Positions 59,929 through 64,000 of a stretch of DNA of 64,000 nt are shown here, piece after piece. This DNA comes from Candidatus Latescibacterota bacterium (lineage in GTDB: Bacteria > Latescibacterota > UBA2968). The DNA lies in NCBI GenBank assembly GCA_965204745.1, contig OZ242010.1, positions 3,584,001-3,648,000 on the forward strand, written 5' to 3'. Made by a program: the position numbers and the translations under genes. A model generated the notes under the pieces. The model ran no database searches, was not told where the DNA came from, and saw only the letters and a list, made by a program, of their open reading frames with translations. Numbering within the stretch: position 1 is the stretch's first letter; every line of letters starts with the position of its first letter.

Positions 59929-60237
59929 TCAACGCAACGGGGGATGCCAGTCAAGTTTTCCGTCTTTGAGGCGACAGCGGGTTTCGCGGAGTGTGTCGTT
60001 GCGGTCTTTGTAGATCACTTTCCATTCGATGTATTTTACGGCCAAAAGGTCCGGCTGGTGATTCACCCGGACCTTTTTTGTTTCTCTGATGACGCGCTCG
60101 ATGCTCACGACCCGGCCTTCAATTTTGTTGATGGCCAAGCGGATTTGCGTGACATAGCGGTTGCGCCACGCAAAATAATAGAGAAAGAATCCAAAGATGA
60201 GTGCGGTGAAGACGTAAGCCATGAGGATGGTGGTCAC
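59929..60237 (-). CDS. hypothetical membrane-anchored protein
   Basis: N-terminal TM helix, RBS GAGG, GTG start. Confidence 0.65.
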   Translation of the reverse strand: MTTILMAYVFTALIFGFFLYYFAWRNRYVTQIRLAINKIEGRVVSIERVIRETKKVRVNHQPDLLAVKYIEWKVIYKDRNDTLRETRCRLKDGKLDWHPPLR

Positions 60238-60304
60238 GGATGCCCCTCTCTTCGTCTAATCGCCTGTGGGATGGTGTTAAACATCCAATTCCCGGTCTCA
60301 ATCC

Positions 60305-60512
60305 ACCCGCTTTTATGTTGCTGACTTTCAACTCGTTGTTTTGCCGATCACTAAGGTTGATCGGCGGGAGGAGCGCACCTTCCCACAGGAGACTGCGAAT
60401 TGTCTCGGAAAGTATCTTGGGACGTTGCGTTTGCCACTGTGGTAATTTTGCATGCACACTCAAAAGCGGTTGCGATAACCAAGCCGAGATTCCCTCGTTT
60501 TCAAAACGGGGA
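60305..60512 (-). ncRNA. candidate structured RNA resembling a type V/TnpB-like guide scaffold; ends uncertain
   Basis: consecutive hairpins; CUUUC...AGGUGCGCUCC...CCGAUCAA...GAGUUGAAAG. Confidence 0.4.
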
Positions 60513-60830
60513 GTACGCCAATACAGCAAATATAGGACTGGGCATGATATTTTGCTTGATTTTTATCCGATGGAGATATAAGCTATCAGCGGTCGGGGTT
60601 CAGGGTTCAATCCCGACCATTCGCGGGCAAAAAAACAAAAAGTCACTGCTTCGGACAGGCACAGGGGCCTGTCCCTACGATTGGTTTTTCGCTTTTGGGT
60701 TGTAGTCAGTAGTCAGTCCCCACCTGGCCCTGCCGCCCAAGTAGTCAGTGGTCAGTCCCCGTCCGCGCCCCACCGCTATGTTCGTTAGAATTAGTCAACT
60801 GACAACTGACAACTGACAACTGAGGTTCTC

Positions 60831-61301
60831 ATGCGCTACGTTCTCATGATCATCGTCGTATTCGGCACATGGTTGCTTTGGTCCGGGCATTACACGCTCG
60901 AACACGCGCTCGTTTTTGCGATGGGGGTGGTGTCCTGTGCGTTTGTGGTGTATCTGTGCCATCGTCTGGATATCGTGGATGAAGAAGGGCATCCGATTCA
61001 TCTGCGTTTGGTTTTGTACGTCCCGTGGTTGCTGTGGGCCATTGTCAAAGCGAATGTGGATGTGGCAAAGCGCGTTCTCAACCCGAAGTTGCCCATTGCC
61101 CCGTGCGTGGTGCGCGTCAAAGCCACGCAAAAAAGCGATCTGTGTCGGGTCATTTTTGCCAATTCAATCACCCTGACCCCCGGCACGGTTTCGCTCGATT
61201 TGGATGGGGAAGACATCGTGGTACACGCATTGACGCGAGAAGCCGCTGAGGAGGTGCAAAGCGGCGAGATGAACCGCCGGGTGACGGCACTGGAGCGATG
61301 A
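60831..61301 (+). CDS. mrpE: Na+/H+ antiporter subunit E
   Basis: ANSITLTPGT, VHAL. Confidence 0.94.
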   Translation: MRYVLMIIVVFGTWLLWSGHYTLEHALVFAMGVVSCAFVVYLCHRLDIVDEEGHPIHLRLVLYVPWLLWAIVKANVDVAKRVLNPKLPIAPCVVRVKATQKSDLCRVIFANSITLTPGTVSLDLDGEDIVVHALTREAAEEVQSGEMNRRVTALER

Positions 61302-61302
61302 G

Positions 61303-61587
61303 ATGTTTGTTGCGGCCCTGATCGGCGTTTTGGTGACGATGGTGCTCGCGCTTTGCCGCGCACTGTTAGGCCCTACGGTGTACGACCGCATCTTGGCGGT
61401 GAATACGTTTGGGACCAAGACCGTGTTGTTCATCGCCGTGATCGGATTTTTGACCGGGCGGCCCGACTTTTTGGACTTGGCGTTGATTTACGTGTTGATC
61501 AATTTTATCGGCACATTGGCGGTGCTCAAATTTGTGACCTACAACGATTTGGGGGCCGATCCAGAAGAGAAAGGAATGCCGCGATGA
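61303..61587 (+). CDS. mrpF: Na+/H+ antiporter subunit F
   Basis: GPTVYDRILA, INFIGT. Confidence 0.94.
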   Translation: MFVAALIGVLVTMVLALCRALLGPTVYDRILAVNTFGTKTVLFIAVIGFLTGRPDFLDLALIYVLINFIGTLAVLKFVTYNDLGADPEEKGMPR

Positions 61588-61889
61588 TCGTGGATGTGCT
61601 CAGTTGGATTTGCCTGCTCTTGGGGTGTGCGTCGTGCATCATCGGCGGCCTGGGATTGTTGCGCTTGCCGGATTTTTACAGCCGCATGCACGGCGGGGGC
61701 ATTACCGACACACTAGGGGCAGGTCTCGTTTTGCTGGGCCTGATGTTTCAGGCCGGGTTGACGATGGTCACGGTGAAATTGGCGATGATTTTGGTGGTGT
61801 TGCTCATCACCAGCCCGACCTCGACGCACGCGGTGGGCAAAGCAGCGCTGATTTCCGGGCTTAAGCCCGATGAGCAAGCGGACGGTTGA
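61584..61889 (+). CDS. mrpG: Na+/H+ antiporter subunit G
   Basis: RLPDFYSRMH, DTLG, TSPTSTH. Confidence 0.94.
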   Translation: MIVDVLSWICLLLGCASCIIGGLGLLRLPDFYSRMHGGGITDTLGAGLVLLGLMFQAGLTMVTVKLAMILVVLLITSPTSTHAVGKAALISGLKPDEQADG

Positions 61890-61952
61890 CCGCCGCGGTA
61901 CAACTGCCGACAGGCCGTTCATGTCAAAAACAATGTCCGACGGGAGAGGAGC

Positions 61953-62492
61953 ATGACTGAAATTGCGGATGTGGTTCTGTTGATTTTTATGGTGGTACTC
62001 GCGGTTGCGATTTCCCGGATGCAAAATTTGTTTATGGCCGCGATGATGATGGGGATTTTCAGCCTTTTGTCCGCGGTCGTGTTCACGTTGCTGGACGCCG
62101 TGGATGTCGCCTTCACCGAGGCCGCTGTCGGGGCAGGTGTCTCGACCGTGCTGCTCTTGGGCACGTTGGCGTTGACCACGCGCGAAGAAAAAGTCGGCAA
62201 GCGCAGGAACGCTTTGGCACTGATCGCGGTGCTCGCCACCGGCGGCGCGCTCATTTACGGCACGCAGGACATGCCCCACTACGGCGACGCCAAGGCCCCG
62301 GTTCACACGCATGTCGCGGATCGGTACATCGAAAAATCGGGCGAAGAAATTGGCATTCCCAATATCGTCACCTCGGTATTGGCGAGCTATCGCGGCTATG
62401 ATACCCTGGGCGAAACCACGGTGATTTTTACAGCGGGCGTCGGCGTGATGTTGCTGATGGGCCGTGCGTTGCGACAGGAGGACGAGCCGTGA
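61953..62492 (+). CDS. DUF4040/MrpB-related antiporter subunit
   Basis: AVDVAFTEAAVGAG, NIVTSVLASYRGYDTLGE. Confidence 0.9.
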   Translation: MTEIADVVLLIFMVVLAVAISRMQNLFMAAMMMGIFSLLSAVVFTLLDAVDVAFTEAAVGAGVSTVLLLGTLALTTREEKVGKRRNALALIAVLATGGALIYGTQDMPHYGDAKAPVHTHVADRYIEKSGEEIGIPNIVTSVLASYRGYDTLGETTVIFTAGVGVMLLMGRALRQEDEP

Positions 62493-62914
62493 AACACCAG
62501 AGCATCCCCCGCGTGGTGGGCAAGTTGTTCATCCCCCTAATTCTGTTGTTCGCGCTCTACGTGCAATTTCACGGCGATTTTGGCCCCGGCGGCGGGTTTC
62601 AGGCCGGGGTGATTTTCGCCGCTGCCGTGGTGCTCTACGCGCTGATCTTCGGGTTGGACGTAGCAAAGCAAACCGTGCGGCCGTGCGTCGTGGAATGCCT
62701 GGCCGCACTCGGGGTTTTGATTTTCGCGGGCACGGGGTTGATCTCCTTGGTTACCGGGCGCAATTTTTTGGACTACACGGCGTTGGATCCAGAACATCCG
62801 GCGCACGGGCAACACTTGGGCATCTTTTTGGTGGAACTCGGCGTGGGCGTGACCGTGGCCGCGGTGATGGTGGCGATCTTTTTCGCGTTTGCCGGGCGGA
62901 GGCGATTGCGATGA
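62489..62914 (+). CDS. mrpB: Na+/H+ antiporter subunit B
   Basis: HGDFGPGGGFQAG, ELGVG. Confidence 0.93.
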   Translation: MKHQSIPRVVGKLFIPLILLFALYVQFHGDFGPGGGFQAGVIFAAAVVLYALIFGLDVAKQTVRPCVVECLAALGVLIFAGTGLISLVTGRNFLDYTALDPEHPAHGQHLGIFLVELGVGVTVAAVMVAIFFAFAGRRRLR

Positions 62915-63258
62915 CTGTGGGCTTGTTCAACTATTGGGCGTGCGTGGTCTTGATGATGATCGGCTTGTACACCGCGATAGCGCGGCCCAATCTCATCAAA
63001 AAATTGATCGGCTTGAGTATGTTCCAAGTCTCGGTGTTTTTGCTCTACATCAGCATGGGCAAGGTCAGCGGGGGCACGGCGCCCATTTTGCACGCGGGCG
63101 ACGCGCCGTATTCCAACCCCCTGCCGCATGTGCTCATTTTAACGGCAATCGTCGTGGGTATTGCGACGCTTTCTTTGGGCTTGGCCCTCGTGGTGCGGAT
63201 TTGGGAAGCCTATCAGACTATCGAGGAAGACGAACTTGTGGAACGGGATCATGATTGA
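62911..63258 (+). CDS. mrpC: Na+/H+ antiporter subunit C
   Basis: NLIKKLIGL, NPLPHVLILTAIVVG. Confidence 0.94.
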   Translation: MTVGLFNYWACVVLMMIGLYTAIARPNLIKKLIGLSMFQVSVFLLYISMGKVSGGTAPILHAGDAPYSNPLPHVLILTAIVVGIATLSLGLALVVRIWEAYQTIEEDELVERDHD

Positions 63259-64000
63259 GGCACACCTGCCCATATTGCTGATCGTCACCCCCCTGGTGGC
63301 TGCCCCGCTGTGCGTGTTGTTGCGGCAAAAAACGCTCGTCTGGGCGGTTGCATGCGCGGTGTGTTTGGCCGCGCTGGGCATGGCCTCCTCGTTGCTCATC
63401 CGCGTGTTGCAAGACGGGGTGATTTCCTACGCGCTGGGCGGGTGGATCGCGCCGTGGGGCATCGAGTACCGAGTCGATCCCGTCAATGCGTTTGTGTTGC
63501 TGCTGGTTTCGATCATCGCCGCTGTGCTGCTGGTGTTTGCACTGCCGAGCGTGGCCGATGAAGTTGCCGCACAGCAGCATTACTTGTTTTACGCGGCGTA
63601 TTTGCTGTGTTTTGCCGGGCTGATGGGCATTGCGATCACGGGCGATGCGTTCAATGTGTTCGTGTTTTTGGAGATCTCGTCCCTGTCGTCCTACGCGCTC
63701 ATCGCATTGGGCCGCGACCGCCGCGCATTGACCGCGGCCTATCAGTATTTGATCATGGGCACGCTGGGGGCCACGTTTATCGTCATTGGCATCGGGTTGA
63801 TGTACATGATGACCGGCACGCTCAATCTGGTCGATTTGTCCGAACGCCTGCCCGCGATGTTTGAAACGCGCACCGCGATGGTCGCGTTTGCGTTTTTGAC
63901 CGTGGGCACGGCGATCAAGGTGGCGATGTTCCCGCTGCATGCGTGGTTGCCCAATGCGTATTGTTACGCGCCGTCTGTGGTCACGGCGTTTTTGGCCGCC
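63251..64000 (+). CDS. mrpD: Na+/H+ antiporter subunit D (partial, runs off right edge)
   Basis: GGWIAPWGIE, TGDAFNVFVFLEI, FPLHAWLPNAY. Confidence 0.93.
   Translation, partial: MIEAHLPILLIVTPLVAAPLCVLLRQKTLVWAVACAVCLAALGMASSLLIRVLQDGVISYALGGWIAPWGIEYRVDPVNAFVLLLVSIIAAVLLVFALPSVADEVAAQQHYLFYAAYLLCFAGLMGIAITGDAFNVFVFLEISSLSSYALIALGRDRRALTAAYQYLIMGTLGATFIVIGIGLMYMMTGTLNLVDLSERLPAMFETRTAMVAFAFLTVGTAIKVAMFPLHAWLPNAYCYAPSVVTAFLAA

Noticed and set aside
60504-60545. yybP-ykoY (Mn2+) riboswitch from GGGGAGTA
   Set aside because: The remaining conserved elements and four-way junction could not be found.
62448-62457. Target of the candidate guide (10-nt match ATGTTGCTGA)
   Set aside because: A 10-nt match is compatible with chance in 64 kb and does not extend.

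Overview
A GC-rich bacterial chromosomal window. The gene content (Oar-type TonB receptor, MacB-like permease, PhyH-HEAT fusion, sulfatase-like hydrolase, many TA modules) is reminiscent of Latescibacterota/Gemmatimonadota-like lineages, but taxonomy cannot be fixed from sequence alone. Housekeeping genes (purL, recQ, nadC, mnmA, glyA with a ZTP riboswitch, divergent thiO-thiS and thiC each with a TPP riboswitch, an mrp/mnh antiporter operon) alternate with defence-type genes (type III R-M, orphan beta-class MTase, AAA/PD-(D/E)XK proteins, intact and decayed TA pairs). Intergenic DNA is packed with short repeats: two heptamer families, GTAG-type REPs, long palindromes and a MITE-like element. 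Main result: three copies of an IS110 (IS621-like) bridge-recombinase element whose bridge RNA can be read from the sequence. Its target loop (CCCCUCU / AGGUAAG) matches the same heptamer-repeat junction CTCCCCT-CT-TGCCT at all three insertion sites, its donor loop (AGAGUAUCU / AUACAAG) matches the circle junction, and circularisation would assemble a sigma70 promoter. An IS5 element and IS982-like remnants also sit in heptamer arrays. A second, weaker lead is an orphan structured RNA at about 60.3-60.5 kb (minus strand) with motifs resembling a type V (Cas12k/Cas12f/TnpB-like) guide scaffold and no effector gene in the window.
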